Shown here one piece after another: positions 10,201 through 20,424 of a stretch of 64,000 nt of DNA. The stretch's first letter is position 1. Every line of letters starts with the position of its first letter. Below the pieces are notes generated by a model. It made no database searches. It had not been told where the DNA came from and saw only the letters and a program-made list of their open reading frames with translations. Position numbers and translations under genes: made by a program. Source of the DNA: Hylemonella gracilis (GTDB lineage: Bacteria > Pseudomonadota > Gammaproteobacteria > Burkholderiales > Burkholderiaceae_C); the NCBI GenBank assembly GCA_945862005.1, contig CAMAWQ010000001.1, positions 3,160 to 67,159 on the forward strand. The letters are read 5' to 3'.

Positions 10201-13050
10201 TTAAGACAAGTTGGGGGCCAACAACCTTTCAAGTTCGGCCTCTTTCATGCCGCGGCGCTGCGCTTGGTCTTGCAACTGGTCAGGACCGATCTTGCCCACA
10301 CTGAAGTACGTACTGTCAGGGTGCGCCAAGTAAAACCCACTCACGCTGGCCGCAGGCGTCATGGCCAGGCTTTCGGTCAGGCCCATGCCAATGTCTTGGC
10401 ACTGCAACAACTCAAACATAGCGCGCTTGACGCTGTGGTCGGGGCAGGCGGGGTAGCCCGGCGCGGGGCGAATGCCTTGGTAGCGCTCGGCAATCAAGTC
10501 TTGCGGGCTGAATGGGTGTTTCATCTCTTGCGTGGCATAGCCCCACAAGTCGGTGCGCACCCGGTGGTGCAAACATTCGGCAAAGGCTTCGGCCAAGCGG
10601 TCGGCCAAGGCTTTGAGCAAGATGGCGGAGTAATCGTCGTGGTCGTCTAGAAAATACTGCTCTTTTTTCTCTACCCCCAACCCCGCGGTCACGGCAAAGA
10701 CGCCCACGTAGTCCTTAAAGCCCGTTGGCGCACCCTCTTTGCCCCATTTTGGGGCCACAAAGTCAGAAATGCACCGACTTGGGCGCTGAACCCTTTGGCC
10801 CTGCTCATCCGTCACCGTCTCTTTAGCAGTTTGTTGGCGCATGCCAAACCAGGTCAGAGCCACTTGGCTGCGCGTCTCGTCGGTGTAAAGCTCAATATCG
10901 TCACCCACGCTGTTGGCCGGATACAGCCCCACCACCGCCTGTGCCGTGAGCCAACGTCCGTCCATCAGGCGCTTGAGCATGCGTTGCCCGTCGGCATACA
11001 CCCGCACCGCCTCGGTGCCCACCACCTCGTCCTTGAGTATTTCTGGAAACGGCCCAGCCAAATCCCAGGTTTGAAAAAATGGGCCCCAGTCGATGTACTG
11101 GGCCAACTCGGCCAAGTCAAAGTTTTTGAACACGCGCCGCCCGATGAACTTGGGAGTGGGCGGGGTAAAGGTGTCCCAGCGGATGGGGGTTGGGTTGGCC
11201 CGGGCCTGCTCCAGTGGCCATAGCGGCACCTGTTTTTTCTGGGCGTGCTGCTGGCGCACCCGCTCGTAGTCGGCATTAAGTTCGGCCACATACTGGCTGG
11301 CTTGATCGCTCAAGAGGTGTTGTGCCACCCCCACGCTGCGCGAGGCATCGGGCACGTACACCACGGGGCCCTCGTAATGCGGCGCAATTTTGACCGCCGT
11401 ATGCACGCGGCTGGTGGTGGCCCCGCCAATGAGCAGCGGGATTTTGCGGATGCGAAAAAAGTCGTCTTTTTGCATTTCGGCCGCCACGTACTGCATTTCT
11501 TCTAGGCTGGGGGTGATGAGGCCCGACAGGCCAATCAGGTCGGCCCCTTCCACCTTGGCACGCGCCAAAATTTCGTGGCAGGGCACCATGACGCCCATGT
11601 TGACCACCTCAAAGTTGTTGCACTGCAGCACCACGGTAACGATGTTTTTACCAATGTCGTGCACATCGCCCTTGACAGTGGCAATCACGATCTTGCCTTT
11701 GGCCTTGGCCTCTCCACCGGCTTCCACCATGGCGAGCTTTTCAGCCTCGATGTAGGGCAGCAAATGCGCCACCGCGCTCTTCATGACCCGCGCGCTTTTC
11801 ACCACCTGCGGCAGAAACATCTTGCCCTGGCCGAACAGATCGCCCACCACGTTCATGCCCGCCATCAACGGGCCTTCAATCACGTGCAGGGGTCGCCCGC
11901 CCTGGACCAGCACCTGCTGATAGGCCTCTTCAGTGTCTTGGGTGATGAAATCGGTGATGCCGTGCACCAGCGCGTGGCTCAAACGCTGCGCCACTTCTAC
12001 GGGTGCCTCCGGGGTGCCGCGCCAGGCCAGTTTTTGGCTGTCGTCCCGGGCGGCGCCCTTGGCCTGATCGGCAATGTCCAGCAAACGCTCGCCCGCGGAA
12101 AGCAGCGGCTCGCCCGCCTTGTAGGTAGGGGTTCGGTTCAGCACCACATCTTCCACCCGCTCGCGCAAGGTGGCATCCAGCTCGTCGTACACACCCACCA
12201 TGCCCGCGTTGACGATGCCCATGTCCATACCCGCCTGAATGGCGTGGTACAAAAACACGGTGTGGATGGCCTCGCGCACGGGGTCGTTGCCCCGAAAACT
12301 GAACGACACATTGCTCACGCCGCCGCTCACCTTGGCGCCGGGCAGGTTCTGTTTGATCCAACGCGTGGCCTCAATAAAGTCCACCGCGTAGTTGTTGTGC
12401 TCTTCAATGCCGGTGGCAATAGCGAAAATGTTGGGGTCAAAGATGATGTCTTCCGGGGGGAAGTCCACCTCGTTCACCAATATGCGGTAGGCCCGCGAGC
12501 AAATGTCAATTTTGCGCTCGTAGGTGTCGGCTTGGCCTTGTTCGTCAAAGGCCATCACCACCGCAGCGGCACCGTATCGGCGAATCAGCTTGGCCTGATG
12601 CTTGAAGACCTCCACCCCCTCCTTCATGCTGATGGAGTTCACAATGCCCTTTCCCTGGATGCAACGCAAGCCGGCCTCAATGACGCTCCACTTGGAGCTG
12701 TCGATCATGACGGGCACGCGGGCAATGTCGGGTTCGGAGGCCATCAGGTTCAAAAACCGCACCATGGCCGCTTGGCTGTCGAGCATGGCCTCGTCCATGT
12801 TGACGTCAATGATTTGTGCACCGTTTTCCACCTGCTGGCGCGCCACCGCCAGCGCCTCTTCAAACTGGTCGTTGAGGATCATGCGGGCAAAGGCTTTGGA
12901 GCCCGTGACGTTGGTGCGCTCGCCAATGTTCACAAACAAACTGCCCGAACCAATCAGCACCGGCTCAAGCCCAGAAAGTTTCATGGGCGGCACATCAACA
13001 GACGGCTGCAGAGGGGATTGAAGGGACGACTGAGAGGCAGTAGGGGTCAT
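10201..13050 (-). CDS. metH: Methionine synthase, C-terminal polypeptide (pterin-binding, B12-binding and activation domains)
   Basis: [19 protein letters not shown] (B12 His ligand), [16 protein letters not shown] and [14 protein letters not shown]. Start set at ATG 13050, downstream of the riboswitch. Confidence 0.95.
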   Translation of the reverse strand: MTPTASQSSLQSPLQPSVDVPPMKLSGLEPVLIGSGSLFVNIGERTNVTGSKAFARMILNDQFEEALAVARQQVENGAQIIDVNMDEAMLDSQAAMVRFLNLMASEPDIARVPVMIDSSKWSVIEAGLRCIQGKGIVNSISMKEGVEVFKHQAKLIRRYGAAAVVMAFDEQGQADTYERKIDICSRAYRILVNEVDFPPEDIIFDPNIFAIATGIEEHNNYAVDFIEATRWIKQNLPGAKVSGGVSNVSFSFRGNDPVREAIHTVFLYHAIQAGMDMGIVNAGMVGVYDELDATLRERVEDVVLNRTPTYKAGEPLLSAGERLLDIADQAKGAARDDSQKLAWRGTPEAPVEVAQRLSHALVHGITDFITQDTEEAYQQVLVQGGRPLHVIEGPLMAGMNVVGDLFGQGKMFLPQVVKSARVMKSAVAHLLPYIEAEKLAMVEAGGEAKAKGKIVIATVKGDVHDIGKNIVTVVLQCNNFEVVNMGVMVPCHEILARAKVEGADLIGLSGLITPSLEEMQYVAAEMQKDDFFRIRKIPLLIGGATTSRVHTAVKIAPHYEGPVVYVPDASRSVGVAQHLLSDQASQYVAELNADYERVRQQHAQKKQVPLWPLEQARANPTPIRWDTFTPPTPKFIGRRVFKNFDLAELAQYIDWGPFFQTWDLAGPFPEILKDEVVGTEAVRVYADGQRMLKRLMDGRWLTAQAVVGLYPANSVGDDIELYTDETRSQVALTWFGMRQQTAKETVTDEQGQRVQRPSRCISDFVAPKWGKEGAPTGFKDYVGVFAVTAGLGVEKKEQYFLDDHDDYSAILLKALADRLAEAFAECLHHRVRTDLWGYATQEMKHPFSPQDLIAERYQGIRPAPGYPACPDHSVKRAMFELLQCQDIGMGLTESLAMTPAASVSGFYLAHPDSTYFSVGKIGPDQLQDQAQRRGMKEAELERLLAPNLS

Positions 13051-13075
13051 AGAGCTCACCTGGGTAAATCCGTCA

Positions 13076-13146
13076 GGCGAGCGTCGTTGCATGAAATGCC
13101 CCAAGCCTGATCTGCGGAATGCGCAGACTGCAACGCTCCTTGGAGT
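13076..13146 (-). ncRNA. SAH (S-adenosylhomocysteine) riboswitch
   Basis: Minus strand CCAAG-GAGCGTTGCA-GTCTGCG cattc CGCAGA-TCAGG-CTTGG...CAACGACGCTC gives P1 (CCAAG/CTTGG), an inner hairpin and a GAGCG/CGCTC pseudoknot. It lies in the metH 5' UTR, a known SAH riboswitch context. Confidence 0.88.
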
Positions 13147-13224
13147 TGTAATTATTTTAAACCTTGCGGCCTAAACCCTAAGGTACCCCCCTTGCCCTAG
13201 CTCCGGCAGGGATAATCAGACCGC

Positions 13225-15183
13225 ATGGCCCTGATCACTCTTCTTAACGCGCAACTGGCTTTTGGCCATGTGGCACTTCTAGACCATGCCGACTTTGCCT
13301 TGGAGACCCAAGAGCGCGTGGGGCTGATTGGCCGCAACGGCACCGGCAAATCGTCACTCTTGAAAATTTTGGCGGGCATGGAGCACCCCGACGACGGGGT
13401 GTTGCAAGTGCAAAGCAATGTGCGCATTGCCTATGTGGCGCAAGAGCCGCTGCTGGACGCTCAAGCCAGCGTGTTTACGGCGGTCAGCGCAGGATTGGCG
13501 CGGGTAAGGGCCCTCATTGAGGAATATTGCCAAGGCCACGGCGATCTGGACGCGATGCAAAGCGAAATCGAGGCGCTGGACGGCTGGAACTGGGAGCAGC
13601 GGGTTGCGGAGACCCTGCAGCGCCTGCACCTCAACCCCGATGCGGTGGTCAACACGCTGTCGGGCGGCACCAAAAAGCGTGTGGCGCTCGCCCAGGCCCT
13701 AGTGGCGCAGCCCGATGTGCTACTGCTGGACGAGCCCACCAACCACTTGGACTTGGACTCTATTGAATGGCTTGAAAGCTTGCTGGTGCAATTTAAGGGC
13801 AGCCTCATCACCATCACCCACGACCGCTCTTTTCTGGACAACGTGGCAACCCGGATCGTCGAGCTGGACCGCGGTAATCTGATGAGCTACCCCGGCAACT
13901 TTGCCGCCTACCTCACGCAAAAGGAAGAGCAGCTCGCGCAGGAGGCGGTGATCAACGCCAAGGCCGACAAGCTGCTGGCGCAGGAAGAGGTGTGGATTCG
14001 CAAGGGCGTCGAGGCCCGCCGCACCCGCGCCACCGCCCGCATCAACCGGCTGCAGGAGCTGCGCGCGACCCGCGAGGCCCGCCGCGACGTGGTGGGCAGC
14101 GTGAACATGGACGTCAACAGCGGCGACAAGAGCGGCAAGCTGGTCTCTGAGATGGTGCATGTGAGCAAGGCCTTTGGCGACCGCGTCATCGTCCGAGACT
14201 TCAGCGCCACCATCCTGCGCGGCGACAAAATCGGCCTGCTCGGCCCCAACGGCGCGGGCAAGACCACGTTGCTCAAACTCATTTTGGGCGAGCACGCGCC
14301 CGACCCGGCCCCCGCCAACGCGCCCAAGCCCGAGCCCGGGCACAGCCCCTGGGGCACGGTGCGTTTAGGTGCCAACGTCACGGTGGCCTATTTCGACCAG
14401 ATGCGCAACGCGCTGGACCTGGACGCCACGCTGGAGGACTTCATCAGCCCCGGCTCGGAGTGGATTGAAATCGGCAACCAGAGAAAGCACGTCAAGAGCT
14501 ATCTGGGCGACTTTTTGTTCTCGCCGGCCCGCGCCACCTCGCCGGTGCGGTCCTTGAGCGGCGGCGAACGCAACCGGCTGCTGCTGGCCCGCCTGTTTGC
14601 CCGCCCCGCCAACGTGCTGGTGCTGGACGAACCCACCAACGACCTCGACATCGATACCCTTGAATTGTTGGAAGACCTGCTGCAGGTCTACGACGGCACC
14701 GTGTTCCTGGTCAGCCACGACCGCACCTTCTTGGACAACGTGGTCACCAGCACGATTGCCTACGAGGGCGACGCGAAATGGCGCGAGTACGAAGGCGGCG
14801 TAAGCGACTGGCTGATCCAGACCCAGCGTGCCAGCCAAATTGCCGCAGCCCAGGGCAAAACCACCTCCAAGCCCTTCAACTACGAGCGTGAGCAGCTCCA
14901 AAAACAAGAGCAGGCCGCGGCCAAAGTGAGTGCTGCTGCCCCTGCGGCCCCGGCACCTGCCAAAGCCAAAAAGCTGAGTTTCAAAGAACAACGCGAGCTG
15001 GACGCCCTACCCGCAACCATTGCGGCGCTGGAGGCTGAGCAACAAGACATCACCCAAGCGCTGGCCGACGGCAGCTTGTATGCCAGCGACCCAGCCCGCG
15101 CCGCCGCGCTGGCCAGCCGCAGCGCCGAGATAGACGACGCTTTGATGCAGGCGCTGGAACGTTGGGAGCTTCTAGGGGCGTAA
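13225..15183 (+). CDS. uup: ABC-F family ATPase Uup
   Basis: Two ABC domains (GRNGTGKS/LSGG/DEPTNHLD; GPNGAGKT/LSGGE/DEPTNDLD), no TM segments, WIRKGVEARRTR linker and KKLSFKEQREL C-terminal domain. Confidence 0.9.
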   Translation: MALITLLNAQLAFGHVALLDHADFALETQERVGLIGRNGTGKSSLLKILAGMEHPDDGVLQVQSNVRIAYVAQEPLLDAQASVFTAVSAGLARVRALIEEYCQGHGDLDAMQSEIEALDGWNWEQRVAETLQRLHLNPDAVVNTLSGGTKKRVALAQALVAQPDVLLLDEPTNHLDLDSIEWLESLLVQFKGSLITITHDRSFLDNVATRIVELDRGNLMSYPGNFAAYLTQKEEQLAQEAVINAKADKLLAQEEVWIRKGVEARRTRATARINRLQELRATREARRDVVGSVNMDVNSGDKSGKLVSEMVHVSKAFGDRVIVRDFSATILRGDKIGLLGPNGAGKTTLLKLILGEHAPDPAPANAPKPEPGHSPWGTVRLGANVTVAYFDQMRNALDLDATLEDFISPGSEWIEIGNQRKHVKSYLGDFLFSPARATSPVRSLSGGERNRLLLARLFARPANVLVLDEPTNDLDIDTLELLEDLLQVYDGTVFLVSHDRTFLDNVVTSTIAYEGDAKWREYEGGVSDWLIQTQRASQIAAAQGKTTSKPFNYEREQLQKQEQAAAKVSAAAPAAPAPAKAKKLSFKEQRELDALPATIAALEAEQQDITQALADGSLYASDPARAAALASRSAEIDDALMQALERWELLGA

Positions 15184-15224
15184 TGCTGTCTTCATGCGGC
15201 CGAGAAAACCCTTGCAAGCCGCCT

Positions 15225-16454
15225 TCACCATTTATCTTTGCCGCCCATGGCAAATTGCATCAGGTTTTTAAGCTGCACTTGAAGCTTCACGCTGGTCTGG
15301 GGTATGACAGCTTCTACGGCGTATTCTTTGATAGCTGTGTCCCGCACGATGGGCTGAGCCACCGGAAAGCCGTCGCGATTGAGCACCACCGCCACCTTGG
15401 GGGCGGAGGTGTTGATGCCGCGGCGCACCACCACGGCCACCTCTTGGGTTTTCAGGCGAACAAAAGCGCCGGGGAAATAAATACCCACTGCTTTGATTAA
15501 CGACGCGCCGCCTTCGTCCACTTGGTTGTCTTCATTGAAATAGCTGGCCTTCATGGCGGCCACGGGCGAGAGTGGCGTGCGCCCCGCGCGAGGGGATAAA
15601 CGGGCAGAAAATTGGTCGGCGCGGTGGATCAGCCGCGCCATACGTTGCCCCACCGAGGGCTGCTCAGTGGTGGCAATGGACACCGGCAAGTGGTGCTCCT
15701 TGACGGCTTGCAGCCACCCCTCATCGGTCACGCCCATTTCAATGAGCAGTTCGGTGGAGTGATCGGCATGCGCCTCAATCAGTTTGCGCTGCTCAGGGCT
15801 AGGGCTTGCCATTTGAGAGGCCAACTGGTCTTGCAACACCGTCATGCCAATGTTCATGGTCAGGGCGGCCATGCCAAGGGATTTTTGTTGGTCTTCGTCC
15901 CAGCCCAACACATCTCGCGCGGCAATCAAGACCATCACACACACCAACATGGAGTGCGTAGAGCTGTAGTAGCGCAGCTCAGAAAACGAGATGTGAAACA
16001 AGGCCAACAGCGCTGCATCGGGGTTAGATTTGGCGTAATCAAACAAAGCCTCAAACAAGGCCTGTACGTTGGCGACAAATTTGGGGTCGCGCGGGTCGCG
16101 CAGTATCCGGTGGGCTTGGTATTGCAGGTCCAACCAATCCACGTCGGTGATGGTTTTTTTGAGGAGTTTGTTGCCTTTGTCGTCAGCGGTGACTTCTGCG
16201 CGGGCAATTTCGCCCAGTGTGGAGCCCCCGGCCACCAAGGTCATAATTTTGCTCACCAAGGCTCGGTTGAGGAAAATGGCCTCGTTTTCATCCACAAACA
16301 AAGACACGCCCCGGCCTTGCAGCTTGATCAAGTCTGCCCGTGATTGGATCACATAGCCCTTGGCCGCCAACAGCTGACCACCGGAGTCGCGCAGCGAAAA
16401 CGGCAAGGGCTTGCCTAAGGTCACGGCGTCCATGTCGATGGCAATCAGGCTCAT
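15225..16454 (-). CDS. HD-GYP-like domain protein with degenerate motifs
   Basis: [14 protein letters not shown] in place of [22 protein letters not shown] and [11 protein letters not shown]. The ATG overlaps the stop of the upstream metH N-half (ATGA). Confidence 0.75.
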   Translation of the reverse strand: MSLIAIDMDAVTLGKPLPFSLRDSGGQLLAAKGYVIQSRADLIKLQGRGVSLFVDENEAIFLNRALVSKIMTLVAGGSTLGEIARAEVTADDKGNKLLKKTITDVDWLDLQYQAHRILRDPRDPKFVANVQALFEALFDYAKSNPDAALLALFHISFSELRYYSSTHSMLVCVMVLIAARDVLGWDEDQQKSLGMAALTMNIGMTVLQDQLASQMASPSPEQRKLIEAHADHSTELLIEMGVTDEGWLQAVKEHHLPVSIATTEQPSVGQRMARLIHRADQFSARLSPRAGRTPLSPVAAMKASYFNEDNQVDEGGASLIKAVGIYFPGAFVRLKTQEVAVVVRRGINTSAPKVAVVLNRDGFPVAQPIVRDTAIKEYAVEAVIPQTSVKLQVQLKNLMQFAMGGKDKW

Positions 16455-17551
16455 GTCTCTAGATCCACTGAGTTGTGAATATTTTTTTGGATATGTTGAA
16501 GTGAGGACAATAGCCGAGGATTCAAACGCACCACCTCTTGCCCTATGGCATGAATATGGTCTGGCGTGGTACCGCAGCATCCACCTACAATGTTAACCAA
16601 CCCCTCGGCCGCAAACTCACGCAGCAGGCGGCTGGTGACTTCGGGGGTTTCGTCAAAACCGGTGTCGCTCATCGGGTTGGGCAAACCCGCATTGGGGTAG
16701 CAGCTTATGTAGGTGTCTTGGGCCACCTTGGCCAGCTCTTGCAAATAGGGCCGCATCAGGGCGGCGCCTAAAGCGCAGTTCAAGCCCACCGCCAGCGGCT
16801 GAGCGTGGCGCACGCTGTGCCAAAACGCGGTCACGGTTTGGCCACTGAGCACGCGGCCGGAAGCGTCTGTGACGGTGCCACTGATGATGAGCGGCAAGCG
16901 CTCGCCCGAGGTCTCAAAAAACTCATCAATGGCAAACAGAGCGGCTTTGGCGTTGAGGGTGTCAAACACGGTTTCGAGCAACAGCACATCGGCGCCACCT
17001 TGCACCAGTGCCTCGGTTTGTTCGTAGTAGTTGTGGCGCAGCTCTTCAAAGCTGATGTTGCGTGCGCCGGGGTCGTTCACGTCGGGGCTGATGCTGGCGG
17101 TTTTGGGCGTGGGGCCCAAAGCGCCCGCCACATAGCGGGGGCGCTCTGGGGTGCTGAACTTGTCGCAAGCGGCGCGGGCCAGTTGTGCTGAGGCCAAGTT
17201 CATTTCTTTGGCGTAGGCTTCTAAGCCATAGTCGGCCTGCGCCACTTGGGTCGCCCCGAAGGTGTTGGTTTCAATCAGGTCTGCGCCCGCTTGCAAATAG
17301 CTTTCGTGGATGTCTTGAATCACGTGAGGCAGCGTCAAGGACAGCAGTTCGTTGTTGCCTTTGACATCTTGCTTCAAGTGTTTAAACCGATCACCCCGGT
17401 ATTGCGCCTCGCTCAATTTGAGCTGCTGGATCATGGTGCCCATGGCGCCATCCAACATCAGGATGCGCTGGCTCAGCAGTTGCGGCAGTTCCTGGGCGCG
17501 CGTGTAAGGCTGGCGGGATGCGCTAGGTTGAGGTTTGCGGTGCAGTTGCAT
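16451..17551 (-). CDS. metH: Methionine synthase, N-terminal homocysteine S-methyltransferase polypeptide
   Basis: [31 protein letters not shown] and [11 protein letters not shown] (Zn ligands). Confidence 0.93.
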   Translation of the reverse strand: MQLHRKPQPSASRQPYTRAQELPQLLSQRILMLDGAMGTMIQQLKLSEAQYRGDRFKHLKQDVKGNNELLSLTLPHVIQDIHESYLQAGADLIETNTFGATQVAQADYGLEAYAKEMNLASAQLARAACDKFSTPERPRYVAGALGPTPKTASISPDVNDPGARNISFEELRHNYYEQTEALVQGGADVLLLETVFDTLNAKAALFAIDEFFETSGERLPLIISGTVTDASGRVLSGQTVTAFWHSVRHAQPLAVGLNCALGAALMRPYLQELAKVAQDTYISCYPNAGLPNPMSDTGFDETPEVTSRLLREFAAEGLVNIVGGCCGTTPDHIHAIGQEVVRLNPRLLSSLQHIQKNIHNSVDLET

Positions 17552-17589
17552 GAAGGGGTGATTGTAAGTAAGCGATTAAGCTTGCCCAC

Positions 17590-19554
17590 ATGCGCTCCAC
17601 GAGTCTGCTGTCGACCAGCACCTTGCCCTCCTTATCTCCAGACCCCCTCGACATCTTGCAGCAGGTGTTTGGGTATCAAGATTTCCGTGGCCCGCAACGC
17701 GCCATCATCCACCACGTGCTGGGTGGCGGTGACGCCATGGTGCTCATGCCCACGGGCGGCGGTAAATCGTGGTGCTACCAGATTCCAGCTATTGCCCGGC
17801 ATCGTGCGGGCCAGGGCACCACCTTGGTGGTGTCGCCTTTGATTGCGCTCATGCACGACCAAGTGGGCGCCCTGCATGAGGCCGGAGTGGAGGCTGCTTT
17901 TTTAAATTCCACATTGTCGAGTGAAGCCTCTCAAGACATTGAGCGGCGGCTGTTGCAAGGCGAGTTGGTGCTGCTGTATGCGGCGCCCGAGCGGGTGAGC
18001 AACCCCAGGTTTTTGGCGCTTTTAGATTCTTTGGCGCAGCGGGGTTTGCTGAGCCTTTTTGCCATTGACGAAGCGCATTGTGTGAGCCAGTGGGGGCACG
18101 ACTTTAGGCCCGAATACCGAATGCTGAGCGTGCTGCAAGAGCGCTTTCCTGGCGTGCCGCGCATGGCCTTAACCGCTACCGCGGATGCGCTCACGCGCGC
18201 CGACATTGTGGAGCGTCTGCACCTGCAACAAGCGCATCCCTTTATAAGCAGCTTTGACCGGCCCAACATCCGCTACGCCATTGTGGACAAGCAAGACCCC
18301 CTAAAGCAGCTGATTCGCTTTATTGAGCAAGAGCACGCGGGTGAGGCGGGCATTGTGTATTGCCAATCCCGAAAGCGCGTGGAAGAGGTGGCCAGCGCTT
18401 TGTGCCAGGCTGGGATAGACGCTTTGCCCTACCACGCTGGTCTTGACACTGCGGTGCGGCAGCGGCACCAGAACCGCTTTTTACGAGAAGACGCCTTGGT
18501 GATGGTGGCCACCATTGCCTTTGGCATGGGCATAGACAAGCCGGACGTGCGCTTTGTGGCGCACTTGGACTTGCCCAAAAACATTGAAGGGTATTACCAA
18601 GAAACCGGCCGCGCCGGCCGCGACGGCTTGCCCGCCGAAGCTTGGATGGCTTATGGCCTGCAAGACGTGGTGAACCAACGCCGCATGATTGACGAGGGCC
18701 CGGCCCCAGACGCGTTCAAGCAAGTGATGCGTCAAAAGCTCGAAGCCCTGCTGTCCATGGCCGAAAGCACCGACTGCCGCCGCCTGCGCCTTTTGAGCTA
18801 TTTTGGTGAAGCCTATGCGCCCCATGCAGATCAGGCCGCCCAAGCCGCCTCTAACGACACACTCAGGCTTAACTGCCAAAGTTGCGACAACTGCTTGGAC
18901 CGCCCCGAGGTGTGGGACGGCACGGAGGCAGCGCGCAAGCTTTTAAGCTGCGTTTACCGTATTCAGCAACAAGATGGTTTGAGTTTTGGGGCGGGGCATT
19001 TGATGGACGTGGTGCGCGGCAAGGTGACCGACAAGGTCCAGCAGTACCAACACCAAGCTTTGAGCACCTTTGGGCTGGCTGCAGACTGCTCTGAGGCCCA
19101 ACTCCGGGGGGTGATGCGCCAACTCATTAGCCTGGAAGCCTTAAGCGTACAGTCGGGGGACTTTCCCACCCTAGGGTTGGGCCCACAATCTCGCCTAGTT
19201 CTGCGGGGCGAGGTGCCCATTCGCTTGCGGGTCGGAGCATCCGAGCGGCCCCGAAAGCCGCTCAGGTCTTTGGCTCGGACTTCTGGAATGCCTGTTGACA
19301 AATCGCGTCCAGAGCTCGCCTTGTTAAGTGAGCAAGCACTTTCTCTTTTGGCCTCTTTAAAGCAATGGAGAGCAGAGGTGGCGAGCGCGCACAACCTGCC
19401 GCCTTATGTGATTTTTCATGACGCCACCTTGGCTGCTATTGCGCAAGCGGCGCCGAAAACCCCCGAAGCCTTGCACGCCATCAGCGGCATTGGAGCAAAA
19501 AAAATAGAGGCCTATGGTGGGGAGGTGCTGAGAATTGTGGGCTTGTTTCAGTAA
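17590..19554 (+). CDS. recQ: ATP-dependent DNA helicase RecQ
   Basis: [35 protein letters not shown], Zn-binding cysteines, RQC domain and one HRDC domain. Confidence 0.95.
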   Translation: MRSTSLLSTSTLPSLSPDPLDILQQVFGYQDFRGPQRAIIHHVLGGGDAMVLMPTGGGKSWCYQIPAIARHRAGQGTTLVVSPLIALMHDQVGALHEAGVEAAFLNSTLSSEASQDIERRLLQGELVLLYAAPERVSNPRFLALLDSLAQRGLLSLFAIDEAHCVSQWGHDFRPEYRMLSVLQERFPGVPRMALTATADALTRADIVERLHLQQAHPFISSFDRPNIRYAIVDKQDPLKQLIRFIEQEHAGEAGIVYCQSRKRVEEVASALCQAGIDALPYHAGLDTAVRQRHQNRFLREDALVMVATIAFGMGIDKPDVRFVAHLDLPKNIEGYYQETGRAGRDGLPAEAWMAYGLQDVVNQRRMIDEGPAPDAFKQVMRQKLEALLSMAESTDCRRLRLLSYFGEAYAPHADQAAQAASNDTLRLNCQSCDNCLDRPEVWDGTEAARKLLSCVYRIQQQDGLSFGAGHLMDVVRGKVTDKVQQYQHQALSTFGLAADCSEAQLRGVMRQLISLEALSVQSGDFPTLGLGPQSRLVLRGEVPIRLRVGASERPRKPLRSLARTSGMPVDKSRPELALLSEQALSLLASLKQWRAEVASAHNLPPYVIFHDATLAAIAQAAPKTPEALHAISGIGAKKIEAYGGEVLRIVGLFQ

Positions 19555-19561
19555 TTGGGCC

Positions 19562-19591
19562 TAAAAATATTGGGCTTGGTCATGAGCCCAA
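19562..19591 (-). terminator. Probable terminator between recQ and the convergent orphan ORF
   Basis: TTGGGCT-N8-AGCCCAA stem followed by TATTTTT on the minus strand. Confidence 0.5.
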
Positions 19592-19598
19592 CCAAAGG

Positions 19599-19898
19599 CT
19601 AATGCAACTGAAAATTTTGCTCGTACGAAATAGCCGCGCCGGTCATGGTGTTTTGTAAGCGCTCTATGGCCCGCTCGTGGCGAACTGCCTGGCGCTTAGA
19701 AGCTGTGCGCAATTGCTGCATGTGGTGCTGCATGAGTTTGTGCAGTTTGGCGCGGCAAGGGTCGAGCACACCGGCCAAATGCAATGCAATGTAGGACACA
19801 TGGTCGGCTTGGGTCTGACGGAATTCGTCAGTCCACTGGCTAAACAGCTGCCATTTGTAAGTGCCTTTAGGCGGAACTTGAATGATTTCAGTTCTCAT
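19599..19898 (-). CDS. Hypothetical protein (99 aa)
   Basis: ATG-initiated ORF filling the gap, followed by a terminator-like hairpin. No family recognised. Confidence 0.45.
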   Translation of the reverse strand: MRTEIIQVPPKGTYKWQLFSQWTDEFRQTQADHVSYIALHLAGVLDPCRAKLHKLMQHHMQQLRTASKRQAVRHERAIERLQNTMTGAAISYEQNFQLH

Positions 19899-20101
19899 GG
19901 TGTTAACTCAAAACAGGTTGATAAACGGTACCCAAAACGCTGCATATCGACTGATGGGGTTTGCAACTCTTAGGCACTTGTACATATCTCTCTGTGCATA
20001 TCACGCGCGACCTGAGCAATCGGTTGACAAGATTTTTGTATGTGCCCCGCAGTTAGAATTGCGAACCAAGCCGTACCGTCGGTATTTTTCAAGGATTTGC
20101 C

Positions 20102-20242
20102 ATGTCTGAGCCCCATTCCAAGCCTGATCAGCACGAGCCCGACGCGCTGGAAAGCATTGTTCACAGCATTCCCCTGGTGATTCCTGCTGTGGGCGCCTTG
20201 TTAATCTTTTTATTGGCTTTTATCGCCGTCTTTTTGGCCTGA
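20102..20242 (+). CDS. Small single-TM membrane protein (46 aa), not in the ORF track
   Basis: MSEPHSKPDQHEPDALESIVHSIPLVIPAVGALLIFLLAFIAVFLA*. RBS AAGGA 6 nt upstream and TAGAAT -10-like hexamer at 20054. Confidence 0.7.
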   Translation: MSEPHSKPDQHEPDALESIVHSIPLVIPAVGALLIFLLAFIAVFLA

Positions 20243-20424
20243 CCCATCTCACAGGGTGGCGTTCAGCCTTGACCTATTTCTGCCGGCTTGACCGGTTTAG
20301 AGCGGGTTTACCCTAGTTCAGTACCTGTTTCGGCCAATTGCGTCATTTTCATGACTGAACTTGGCTAAACTGCGCCTCTTGCAGTTTTCCTTTGCAGTTT
20401 TTGAAATCCCCAGGAGCTCCTTTG

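Noticed and set aside
13051-13104. N-terminal extension of metH given by the ORF track
   Set aside because: It overlaps the SAH riboswitch. The ATG at 13050 has a plausible RBS.
11575-13110. 511-aa plus-strand ORF antisense to metH
   Set aside because: Antisense shadow of a GC3-biased gene with no recognisable motifs.
20024-20059. TTGACA and TAGAAT as a complete sigma70 promoter
   Set aside because: The spacing is 24 bp rather than about 17, so only the -10-like hexamer is kept as weak evidence.
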